Below are positions 17,751 through 26,061 of a stretch of 64,000 nucleotides of DNA, piece by piece. Under the pieces are notes generated by a model that saw only the letters and a list, made by a program, of their open reading frames with translations, searched no databases and had not been told where the DNA came from. A program made the position numbers and the translations under genes. Position 1 is the stretch's first letter. Every line of letters starts with the position of its first letter. Location of the stretch: the NCBI GenBank assembly GCA_016184005.1, contig JACPDL010000003.1:171632-235631 (forward strand), written 5' to 3'. This DNA comes from Candidatus Aenigmatarchaeota archaeon (GTDB lineage Archaea; Aenigmatarchaeota; Aenigmatarchaeia; GW2011-AR5).

Positions 17751-18719
17751 TTATTTCCCCTGCTTGCTTTCAACAGAAACATAACGTATGTCAGCAGGCA
17801 CAACCTTCTGCGTGCGCACTGATTTCCTGATTCTTACAAGCCTTTTCCTCGGCCCGGGAACGCTGCCTTCAATGAGCAGGAAAGTCTTCAGGTCCCCGTA
17901 GCCGACGAAACCGCCTGCAGGAGTCACTTTCTTGCTGTCATCGCCGATCATCAGGACCCTCTTGCTGAATTCGGTGCGCGTGAAGAATCCGTATTGCCCT
18001 GCGGCCGGCACGCGCCAGTCGACTTTCCTCGGGACAGTAGAGCCTATGCTGCCGACGTGGCGGTGCATCTGCTTGTCTTTCCTGAACTGTATCCTTATTC
18101 CGAAACGCTTTACAGGACCGGTGAAACCGCTGCCCTTTGTCACAGCACTTGCATCAATATACTCGCCAATTCTGAAGACATCAACGGCCTTGATCTCCTT
18201 CCCAAGCACGCTGCTGGCATATTCGAGCTTCTTGTTCAAGTCGCCGCCAACGGCAATCTCGAAGATTTCCGGCTTGAACTTCCTCATCCCGCTCTTCAAA
18301 GGCTGCGTGCAGACAACCAGCCGCACATCATCCACGCCGCTTGTATCGCAGTCCTTGCTGCCCGGATTCGCGGCTCCAGTCTTGCGCTTGATGTCTATCT
18401 CCTTCGGGACCTTTGCCCATTTTTCACCGGCTGTTGAAAGGCCTGAAGGCGTCTTTTTGTAGTAGCGCACAGCCGCAACAAAAAGCGCGGGCGCGTCAAG
18501 TATTGTCACGGGAGAAAATATTATTTTGCCGTATGCAGGGGATTTAGGATTGTTGTCTATGTGCTGCACGTGCGTCATCCCTGCCTTCCAGCCTGCAAAA
18601 CCAAGCGGCTTTGCGTCATTTGATGGCTGCCAATGGGATACCCTTGGGTAAATACGCTTTGCCCTTTTTCTGGGCCAGAACTGTAGCGATCCGTGTCTTG
18701 GTCTTGTTCTCTTCGGCAT
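17751..18719 (-). CDS. rpl3: 50S ribosomal protein L3 (uL3)
   Basis: uL3 motifs (FxxGxxVDVxGxxKGKGFxG); first gene of the cluster. Confidence 0.9.
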   Translation of the reverse strand: MPKRTRPRHGSLQFWPRKRAKRIYPRVSHWQPSNDAKPLGFAGWKAGMTHVQHIDNNPKSPAYGKIIFSPVTILDAPALFVAAVRYYKKTPSGLSTAGEKWAKVPKEIDIKRKTGAANPGSKDCDTSGVDDVRLVVCTQPLKSGMRKFKPEIFEIAVGGDLNKKLEYASSVLGKEIKAVDVFRIGEYIDASAVTKGSGFTGPVKRFGIRIQFRKDKQMHRHVGSIGSTVPRKVDWRVPAAGQYGFFTRTEFSKRVLMIGDDSKKVTPAGGFVGYGDLKTFLLIEGSVPGPRKRLVRIRKSVRTQKVVPADIRYVSVESKQGK

Positions 18720-18864
18720 TCATACCACTTATCCAATTCTTAGTCTAAGCACTAGAGCCTATCCACACGTAGAAAACGTCAACCAGACTGCCTGGTCATG
18801 AGAGCAATAGATAAAATGACGAAATAAGTATTTAAGCGTTGATTTAAACCCAGTAGTTCCGAGA

Positions 18865-19347
18865 TTATCTGTGATCATCAAGACTTTTCATTAAATCTCT
18901 TACATCGGGAGGGTTTTGCATGTATGATTTTAAGTCCGGCGCTTTTCTTCTCGCTTCCTCTTCCCTGCCAAGAACTATCAGCGTATCCGCGCAGCATATT
19001 TGCCTTTGTTCTCTTTGGTAAATGCCGTCGCTAAACACCCAGGAATTGACTTCAGGGTTCCCCGGCCACGGGTTGGTTCCAAAATAACCAAAGACTTCAG
19101 CTATCTGTTTCCCATCGTTGCCCCACAAAGCCATTATCAAGAAATCATCCGGTTCAAATAACTCGGTGTATTGTTCAAAAATCTTTCCAATAAAATCAGG
19201 CTTATTTAGGTCTATATAAGTCTGTGGAAGGTTGACGGAGCTGTCGTAGGCGTCTGTGAAAAGAGTTTCATGGACATAAACCCTTGTTGGCTTCACTGCA
19301 TGCTGCATCGAAAATCTTCTTGAGAAAGGCATAGTAGTCACATTCAA
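18865..19347 (-). CDS. Hypothetical protein, member of a tandem paralog pair (shared PWPGNPEV-SWVF-DGIYQR-QR...LIVLGREEEAR...NPPDVRDLM core)
   Basis: ~50% identity over the C-terminal 110 aa with ORF 19611..20081. Confidence 0.45.
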   Translation of the reverse strand: MNVTTMPFSRRFSMQHAVKPTRVYVHETLFTDAYDSSVNLPQTYIDLNKPDFIGKIFEQYTELFEPDDFLIMALWGNDGKQIAEVFGYFGTNPWPGNPEVNSWVFSDGIYQREQRQICCADTLIVLGREEEARRKAPDLKSYMQNPPDVRDLMKSLDDHR

Positions 19348-19363
19348 AATTTTTCGGCCATGA

Positions 19364-19597
19364 TTAATCTATGTATGGAAATCTTCTCGGTTTTTGAAAA
19401 GAATCAAAATCTTGCCTGACTCTTTCTACCGCTAAGTAGATTGGTGTATTTGTTTTATAATCAACACCAATTGGGTAGCCTATTCTTCTTTGAAGTTTTT
19501 CTGCACCATCTCTTAGAGACATAACTAATAGTTCTGACTCATACTCTGAAGTTGGTGGTCCTGACAAAGGCGGCGCGCAAAATACTCTGGATGTCAT
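19364..19597 (-). CDS. Small hypothetical protein between the paralogs
   Basis: 77-aa ORF, same strand. Confidence 0.3.
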   Translation of the reverse strand: MTSRVFCAPPLSGPPTSEYESELLVMSLRDGAEKLQRRIGYPIGVDYKTNTPIYLAVERVRQDFDSFQKPRRFPYID

Positions 19598-19610
19598 ACA
19601 TTATTCACCA

Positions 19611-20081
19611 TTAACTTCTCATTAAATCTCTTACATCTGGAGGATTATCCATGTAGTGTTGTAAATTTGGTGATTTTATTCTTGCTTCTTCTTCTCGCCC
19701 AAGGACAATCAATGTTTCTCCGCAAGCTATAGGTCTTTGTCTTCTTTGATAAATTCCGTCCCTAAAGACCCAAGAACGCACTTCAGGATTTCCAGGCCAT
19801 GGATCAGTTCCAGAATAACCAAAAACTTCAGTAATTATATCTCCATCGTCACCCCACAAAGCAGCGATCAAAAAATCTGTAAGTTTGAAGATTTTTCTAT
19901 CCGTTGCAAAAATGTCCAAAACGTGACTTAAGCCACTATCACTATGATAGTGAATTAGAGTCTCCTTTTTCGGTAGGCGACCGAAGGCGTCAACATAGCC
20001 AGCTTCATGAAAATAAACCCTTAACGGTTGTCTCACATGCGTTGAAACCCTGTCTAGGAACGGCATAGTATTCAAACTCAC
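19611..20081 (-). CDS. Hypothetical protein, paralog of 18865..19347
   Basis: Shared conserved core; abuts the start of the PKD-repeat protein gene. Confidence 0.45.
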   Translation of the reverse strand: MSLNTMPFLDRVSTHVRQPLRVYFHEAGYVDAFGRLPKKETLIHYHSDSGLSHVLDIFATDRKIFKLTDFLIAALWGDDGDIITEVFGYSGTDPWPGNPEVRSWVFRDGIYQRRQRPIACGETLIVLGREEEARIKSPNLQHYMDNPPDVRDLMRS

Positions 20082-22141
20082 TAAACATCTTCGTAAACAA
20101 TCTCGATGCCGACCTTGCCGGAGACTGTCGTGTCAGAAGCTGCCGAGAATTCTATCGTGTTCAGCTGCCTGAAGTATTCCTTTGGTATGGCTTCGCCTAT
20201 GATCTTGTTGTCGTTCAATATTACAGCAGCGCCGCGGGGCAGCACAGTGATCCTCGCGGACTTGAAGCCCTGCAGCTCGTTGTCCAGCGTGAAATCAAAC
20301 CTGTCCTGCGTGGCTTTCTCCACGTCAGCGATAACAGAAGCCCTGATCTCGTAAACAGCCGGCGTCCAGAATATGAATCCAGACGATGTGGCCCTGATCT
20401 TGAGCAGGCCCTCCGCATCTGCATTAACCGGTATTATTAATCTGCCTTTTTCATACCTGGCGGCAAAATTCTCAAAAAGCGCAGCTTTTTGGAATTCTCG
20501 AAATCCAAAGGATTTCGGAATCTCGGAGAGACGGAGTTTCTCCGAAGATCTCGGAGAAGCTTCGCTTCTCCCAAGATTAGCAGTCTTCAATGCTGCATTG
20601 TCAGGCACAGGCTCAGGTTTTCCCCTGAATAATTCCTCATCATCAAGCGTAACGACAAGCTCCCCGAGCCTGTTTGTTTCCTTGACTTCTATAACAACCT
20701 CCTTGACAAAGGATTTCGGCACGTCAAGCCTTATCTCATTGCTGCCGAACAAGAGGCCGTTGAACAGCCTTTTAGCCGACACGAATGAATCCTCTTCCTT
20801 GAAATTGGCGATGTCTATGCCGAACTCCAGAAGCCTTTTCTTCTCGCCCGGTGTCTTTCCGTCTTCATCAACAATCCCAAGGGCACCAACCGTTATTGTG
20901 ACACTGGAAGGCGCCAGATCAATCAGCCCTTCAGCATCACGCGCATTGAGGGTGGCTATGTATCTGCCATCCCTCTGGTAAATATGGGTAAGTGTCTGTA
21001 TTGATTCTACTGTCGGCAGGGATTGTGCCTGGCCGTCACCAAAATCCAATACGCACGAGACAAGCCGCCTCTGCAGGTCCCTGCAGCGTGCGGCAAATGT
21101 TACCTGCAGCGGAGCAGGGCCGCTTGTCGGCGTTGCCTGCAAGTCCGTAGTAGGCGCATTGCCTATATCCGATTCAACCACGATTGTGACTTCAGCAGGC
21201 GTAGCGTCTATTCTGCCCCTCTCATCAGAGGCCCGGACCTTTGCTATCCTTCGCAGGTCGCTAACCTCCGGGTTGACGTAAACATGGCTGATCTGCTGCG
21301 GCGTTTCTATATTGAGCAGGTTTTGCTGCTCCCCGTCGCCGAATTCTATGACGCATGAGCTGATATCGAAGTTAGCAGAAAAACACAGGACATCAAAGTT
21401 TACCAGTAAAGGCGATTTTCCTCTCACCGGGAAGGCGCTGATGAAAGTCTCAGGCTTGTCGCTAAAGCCGGGCAATACCTGTATCATGATTCCGGCGGGC
21501 GTCTGGTCCCCTGCGCCGGAGTCGTCTCTCGCGCTAAGTATAGCCGGGCGGAAAATGATTCTTTCCCTTTCGTTCTCGTAAGTATGAAGAACAGTCTGCG
21601 GCGTTTCAGCGTTTGTAAGCGCCTGCTTAGCCCCGTCGCCGAAATCCAGTTCGCATGAAGAAATCAACCCATCGTCGTCCTTGCATGTCGCTATGAATGT
21701 GACTTCCAATGGCGATTCGCCTGTCGTCGGAAATGCCTGCAAAAATGTCTGGGGCTCAATGTTTGGCCTCACAACGCTGATTGTTATCAAAGAGGGCGTC
21801 TGGTCGCTGTTGCCGAAGCTGTCTGTTGCTGTAAGCGTGACAACAAAGTTGCCTGTCGTGGAATAGGTGTGGGTTATTGTCTGAGGCAGCTGTATCCTCT
21901 GGAGAATCTGGTTCGTGCCGTCGCCGAAGCTGATTATGCACGAAGCGATCTCAATGTCGTCCTTGCACAATGCCGTAAATATGACTGTCATCGGCGCGTT
22001 GCCAGAAATCTGCGATGCCGTCAATGTAGTTTCAGGAGACGTCGCATCCTGTATTGAAATAAGAACAATCTGGGCGCTAACAGTGCTGACTAGAATCATG
22101 AGCGCCATCAACGCCGATAAAAGTCCTGTTACTCTTGCCAA
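20081..22141 (-). CDS. Secreted surface protein with four PKD-like repeats and a C-terminal domain containing an in-frame MITE-like insertion
   Basis: N-terminal signal peptide MARVTGLLSALMALMILVSTVSAQ; four ~95-aa repeats each with an FGDG motif; segment LGRSEASPRSSEKLRLSEIPKSFGFREFQKAALFE is encoded by repeat copy M2. Confidence 0.6.
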   Translation of the reverse strand: MARVTGLLSALMALMILVSTVSAQIVLISIQDATSPETTLTASQISGNAPMTVIFTALCKDDIEIASCIISFGDGTNQILQRIQLPQTITHTYSTTGNFVVTLTATDSFGNSDQTPSLITISVVRPNIEPQTFLQAFPTTGESPLEVTFIATCKDDDGLISSCELDFGDGAKQALTNAETPQTVLHTYENERERIIFRPAILSARDDSGAGDQTPAGIMIQVLPGFSDKPETFISAFPVRGKSPLLVNFDVLCFSANFDISSCVIEFGDGEQQNLLNIETPQQISHVYVNPEVSDLRRIAKVRASDERGRIDATPAEVTIVVESDIGNAPTTDLQATPTSGPAPLQVTFAARCRDLQRRLVSCVLDFGDGQAQSLPTVESIQTLTHIYQRDGRYIATLNARDAEGLIDLAPSSVTITVGALGIVDEDGKTPGEKKRLLEFGIDIANFKEEDSFVSAKRLFNGLLFGSNEIRLDVPKSFVKEVVIEVKETNRLGELVVTLDDEELFRGKPEPVPDNAALKTANLGRSEASPRSSEKLRLSEIPKSFGFREFQKAALFENFAARYEKGRLIIPVNADAEGLLKIRATSSGFIFWTPAVYEIRASVIADVEKATQDRFDFTLDNELQGFKSARITVLPRGAAVILNDNKIIGEAIPKEYFRQLNTIEFSAASDTTVSGKVGIEIVYEDV
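20469..20575. repeat. Family-M MITE-like element (four consecutive hairpins), full copy lying in frame inside a CDS
   Basis: ~95% identical to the reverse complement of 36970-37076. Confidence 0.75.
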
Positions 22142-22223
22142 GTAAATACACCTTTATCATCTTACAGGGAAAAAGAATTAAAAGCTGAACCAGTAATGCC
22201 CCTGTAATTCAAATGTAATGATA

Positions 22224-23855
22224 CTACTTCACTTCTATTCCAAAGTCACGAAGCATTCTATCATGTAGCGGGAGAAGTTTTCCGTCGCCATGTAAACCCA
22301 TACATAATAGTAATCCCACTTCCTCAGGATCGTCAGTAGCCGGTTGAAATTCCCAGCCATGTTTCGTTGATAGCCGAGCCAAGTCAGATGAACTCTCTCT
22401 TTCTATTTCTACAAGGCCGAGCTTTGCATTTTTAGGCAGCGCAAGGTTTCTTGATTTAGTCTTTTCTCTTCTCCCCGTTATGATGATCTCTGGTTTCTCC
22501 GGTGGCTTGTATAAACTTGCATATTCTTTCAAAGTACGAGAAGGATCAGCTGCAAAACGTTCTTTAAAGAAATCAAACATGTAGAAAGTAATATGTTCCC
22601 ATAGATAAGGTAAATCTTCCTTATATTTCCTCTTTGGCGAAAATCCATGCGATTTAAGGAATTTCAAGCCTCTTAAATGTAAGCTTGCGATATCGAGATC
22701 CTTCATAAACTGTTCGCCAAATTGCATTTCCATTAATGAATAAAGTATTGAAAGCCTTGTATCATGACCAAAACTTTCCATTTTTTGATCGGCTGATCCT
22801 GGCACGGCCTTATATGCAGCTTCAAGAAATTTTATTTCCTCTTCAACTAGAAGCCTTGCCTGTTGTTCATTTACAGGCGAATGTCCATAAGTTAAAGGCG
22901 GTTTAAGATCTTCTAGAAGCTGAACCGCTAATTTCACGTCAGCCAAACGTTTAGCCGTATTAAACATGTCGTATAAACCGTACATTCCTGAAAGTTCTGT
23001 GACTCTTGTCCAGGCATTTACATCTGTTAATGATTTACCCAGTACGTTTTCATATACTTCTACGCTAGTGTATGGTATTATATAGGAAATTTCAGGTTCA
23101 TTTCCAAATGATTTTGCGACAACAGAATCTATTATCCCATCCAACCCGCCTTTAGGTTGAAGCAATTTTTTGAAACTCCAAGCTAGAAGTCTGTGACCAG
23201 TTCTTTGGTAGTGTTCTACAAATCTTTCTGCATCTGCTTTACTAAGCCTAACTCTAGCATGAGTTGGTTTCAAAGCTTCTGAGATTGTCCTGTATCTTTC
23301 AAAATAGTAACCAGCGAGAGAAAGACTCCAACCGCTTCTTTGGAACTTTGCATCTGCATGATGTTCCTGTCCATCTATTTCTCTTCCCGCCTCAGTTCCT
23401 TTTCTATATTTTTTTGACTCAGTTCTTGGTTTTATTTCTGGATTGAAAGTATTGGCTCTTATCCTTACAACACCAGATCCCAATCCGTTAAGACTTCTCT
23501 CGCCTTTTATACCATCCGTATCCCAATAAACCTGAAAAGTCACTTGTCCGGGAGGTTTAGTTTGATTTAGATAATCAAATGTTCCTTTTAGAAGGGCATG
23601 AGGATCCTCTACTTTTCTGACTGCTTCGACTGTCATATTGTAGGCTGCAATATCTCTTTCATGATCAGATCTTCGAGTATCATATGTAATATCCAATTCT
23701 CTCAAATAAATGTCGCTTGCAGGATGCAGTCTAGTTGAAAATTCTTTTTCCATTTCCCTAATAGTGTTCCAACGATCGCCGTTACTATGTCTAAGCAACA
23801 CCGGATCAGAATCTATTCTAGCCATAATTTCTTGTCGAAGATGCGAAATTCCCAT
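22224..23855 (-). CDS. Hypothetical 543-aa protein
   Basis: Long intact ORF with protein-like composition; no family recognised. Confidence 0.5.
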   Translation of the reverse strand: MGISHLRQEIMARIDSDPVLLRHSNGDRWNTIREMEKEFSTRLHPASDIYLRELDITYDTRRSDHERDIAAYNMTVEAVRKVEDPHALLKGTFDYLNQTKPPGQVTFQVYWDTDGIKGERSLNGLGSGVVRIRANTFNPEIKPRTESKKYRKGTEAGREIDGQEHHADAKFQRSGWSLSLAGYYFERYRTISEALKPTHARVRLSKADAERFVEHYQRTGHRLLAWSFKKLLQPKGGLDGIIDSVVAKSFGNEPEISYIIPYTSVEVYENVLGKSLTDVNAWTRVTELSGMYGLYDMFNTAKRLADVKLAVQLLEDLKPPLTYGHSPVNEQQARLLVEEEIKFLEAAYKAVPGSADQKMESFGHDTRLSILYSLMEMQFGEQFMKDLDIASLHLRGLKFLKSHGFSPKRKYKEDLPYLWEHITFYMFDFFKERFAADPSRTLKEYASLYKPPEKPEIIITGRREKTKSRNLALPKNAKLGLVEIERESSSDLARLSTKHGWEFQPATDDPEEVGLLLCMGLHGDGKLLPLHDRMLRDFGIEVK

Positions 23856-23906
23856 ATACAGCCTAATGAGTAAAGACTTAAAAAGCTGTCATGAAAATGA
23901 TGTTTC

Positions 23907-24098
23907 ATGGAATGCCCTGTTTGCGAATCGCGTTTGAAGCACGAGAAGATAGAGGAAGTCTGGGTTGACATATGCCAAGAACACGGCGTGTGGCTTGACA
24001 AAGGCGAGCTTGACAGGATAATGGAATCATCCAAATACAGGGGCCAATCAGAGGGCCTTGTGCGCGGCTTGTGGTCCCACACCCACTCGCAGTTCTGA
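23907..24098 (+). CDS. Small zinc-ribbon protein (zf-TFIIB-like: CPVC...CQEHGVWLDKGELD)
   Basis: C-P-x-C ... C-x2-H-G-x-W-L-D-x-G-E-L pattern typical of the TFIIB-type zinc-ribbon family. Confidence 0.5.
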   Translation: MECPVCESRLKHEKIEEVWVDICQEHGVWLDKGELDRIMESSKYRGQSEGLVRGLWSHTHSQF

Positions 24099-24144
24099 GT
24101 CAGGCGCTGGATTTTTTTATTAATTAGACTTAACACAATAGTGT

Positions 24145-25848
24145 ATGGCTAAATGGCTGAATAGAAAACTACTATTTGCCCTAACTATTGTTGTTTTGCT
24201 TATTTCTGTAGTTCTTGTTATTTCTTCGCAAAATGAAACAGAACTTCCTGCAGAAAAAGCTTATGTGACCGTCAAAGCGGACAAAACAGTAAAGTCACTG
24301 AATAAACAAATTTTCGGAACTGCGATGCCTGGTGAAGGAAGAGGAAATCGCAGCGCATTCACGGACGCACCACTCAAAGAATACATGAATGAATTGCAGA
24401 ACGGGTTCATGACATTACAAGGCACATCAGCAGGCTTTCCTTTCTACCCGGAAATGACAGGTGAACATTCCAAACGCATGACAATAGCGCAGATACTTGA
24501 CAGAATGAAATTCAGGGATGATCCTGACGGGGCTGTGATTTATGAAACAGTCAAAGATGAACCGGCACTGAACAAACCAATGGACCATAACTATGATGAT
24601 ATTCTTCAGTATCTAGAGTCACTCAAAGCCAAACCAAAAATTGCTATCCGAGTTCCTACATACTTCACCGGCCTTGGAGATTCTATTGTAGCGAAGATGA
24701 AGCTCAAATTAGATCCCAAAACTGGCTCGGATCTTGTTCACTATCTCAACGATCCGCCTGTCACTGAGCTGGGAAGACTGCGAGCGCGAAATGGCCACCC
24801 AGAGCCTTACAACGTAAAGTATTTTGTGCTCGGCAACGAGATGTGGAACAACTATGTAATTTATGGCCTAAGTTTAGAAGACATGGCTGCACAACATATC
24901 GCTTTCGCAACCGCCATGAAAGCTGCAGACCCTACGGTTAAGATTGGATTCAGCTTTGCAGATGATGGATATCCCCATGAATTCTTCAAGCCTGAATTCC
25001 TGCAAAGGGTTGAAAAACAGCTTGATTTCAACGATCGCATGCTCTCACTGATAAACGGATATTTCGATTTCGGGACATATCATGTATATTCTGACGGCTG
25101 GATTGCTACAGAAGGTAAAGAAGTATTAGATTTGGGTCCTCAGGATTGGAAGTTCTTGATGGGCCAGGCATATATGAAGGAGAAATACGGGAGCTATCAA
25201 AGGCACAGAGAAATAGTTCAAAGGTATAATCCGAGTGCTGAGGTAATAAACGACGAATACAGCGGCCCGCTTGCCGATCTTGGTGGGGCATTATTTGCAG
25301 CTGATCATGTAATGTATCTGATCAGAACAAACTATGACAGCTATGCAGGCTATTGGGACAGCGGATTATTCGAGCCACTCTCATTTTTTGGCATGATCCA
25401 TATTCCGGACGAGAAGTCGCCTGATTACTTTAAGCGGCCTGCTTTTTACGCGCTTAAAATGTTCAATTATTATACTGGAGATTTTATAGTTGAATCTATT
25501 GTAAAATCTCCAACATACCATATTGATCAATTTGCATCCCAAAATCTTATTTGGCCTGCAGAAGATGTGCCAAGCGTTGCTGTAATGGCAACAAAGAAAG
25601 ACAACAAGCTTTACATAATGCTGCTCAACAGGGAGACGAATCGCGACATGGAAGTAGAAATCACGCTGGAAAGCTTTGTTCCTAAAGGAAGTGCAAAAAT
25701 CTATACACTAACTGGACAAAATATGAACTCAAACAATGAAAATAATCATAACAATGTTGTAATTCAAGAATCCTCAATTCAAACTTCCACTCTAGTCAAA
25801 ATACTCCTGAAAAAGCATTCGCTTGTCGCTATAGTGCTAGAGCAGTAA
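24145..25848 (+). CDS. Membrane-anchored putative glycoside hydrolase (TIM-barrel, clan GH-A-like)
   Basis: N-terminal TM anchor; VLGNEMWN (G-N-E acid/base-type motif). Family not resolved. Confidence 0.45.
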   Translation: MAKWLNRKLLFALTIVVLLISVVLVISSQNETELPAEKAYVTVKADKTVKSLNKQIFGTAMPGEGRGNRSAFTDAPLKEYMNELQNGFMTLQGTSAGFPFYPEMTGEHSKRMTIAQILDRMKFRDDPDGAVIYETVKDEPALNKPMDHNYDDILQYLESLKAKPKIAIRVPTYFTGLGDSIVAKMKLKLDPKTGSDLVHYLNDPPVTELGRLRARNGHPEPYNVKYFVLGNEMWNNYVIYGLSLEDMAAQHIAFATAMKAADPTVKIGFSFADDGYPHEFFKPEFLQRVEKQLDFNDRMLSLINGYFDFGTYHVYSDGWIATEGKEVLDLGPQDWKFLMGQAYMKEKYGSYQRHREIVQRYNPSAEVINDEYSGPLADLGGALFAADHVMYLIRTNYDSYAGYWDSGLFEPLSFFGMIHIPDEKSPDYFKRPAFYALKMFNYYTGDFIVESIVKSPTYHIDQFASQNLIWPAEDVPSVAVMATKKDNKLYIMLLNRETNRDMEVEITLESFVPKGSAKIYTLTGQNMNSNNENNHNNVVIQESSIQTSTLVKILLKKHSLVAIVLEQ

Positions 25849-25879
25849 TCATGGGCTGATCAGATTTGGACTTAATGCT

Positions 25880-25991
25880 TGCTCATTCGGGTGCTCCAAC
25901 CAGGCTAAGCTACCAGCCCGGGCAGACCGAAGTTTCGAAGAAACTTCAATCTCCTATGGGCTGGATCAGATTTGAACTGATGGCCTCCCGA
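25880..25991 (-). tRNA. Candidate circularly permuted tRNA gene: 3' half (25957-25991) encoded upstream of 5' half (25880-25919), separated by a 37-nt hairpin spacer
   Basis: Minus-strand 5' half GGGCTGG-TA-GCTTAGCCTGGTTGGAGC-A-CCCGA-ATGAGCA; 3' half TCGGG-AGGCC-ATCAGTTCAAATCTGAT-CCAGCCC-A. Perfect 7-bp acceptor and 5-bp anticodon stems, canonical D- and T-arms, 75 nt in total. Anticodon GAG or GAU depending on the junction. Confidence 0.45.
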
Positions 25992-26043
25992 TTATCAGTT
26001 TCACCAACAAGCAAGTATTTCTAATAATCATATGCGCAGAGCA

Positions 26044-26051
26044 TTTATAGG
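26044..26051 (-). promoter_or_regulatory. TATA-like box (minus strand CTATAAAT) ~50 nt upstream of the permuted tRNA 3' half
   Basis: AT-rich octamer resembling the archaeal TATA consensus; overlaps the 3' end of the NAD kinase gene. Confidence 0.3.
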
Positions 26052-26061
26052 CTAAATATCT

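Noticed and set aside
20373-20981. 202-aa plus-strand ORF
   Set aside because: Antisense to the PKD-repeat surface protein gene. Ser-rich low-complexity.
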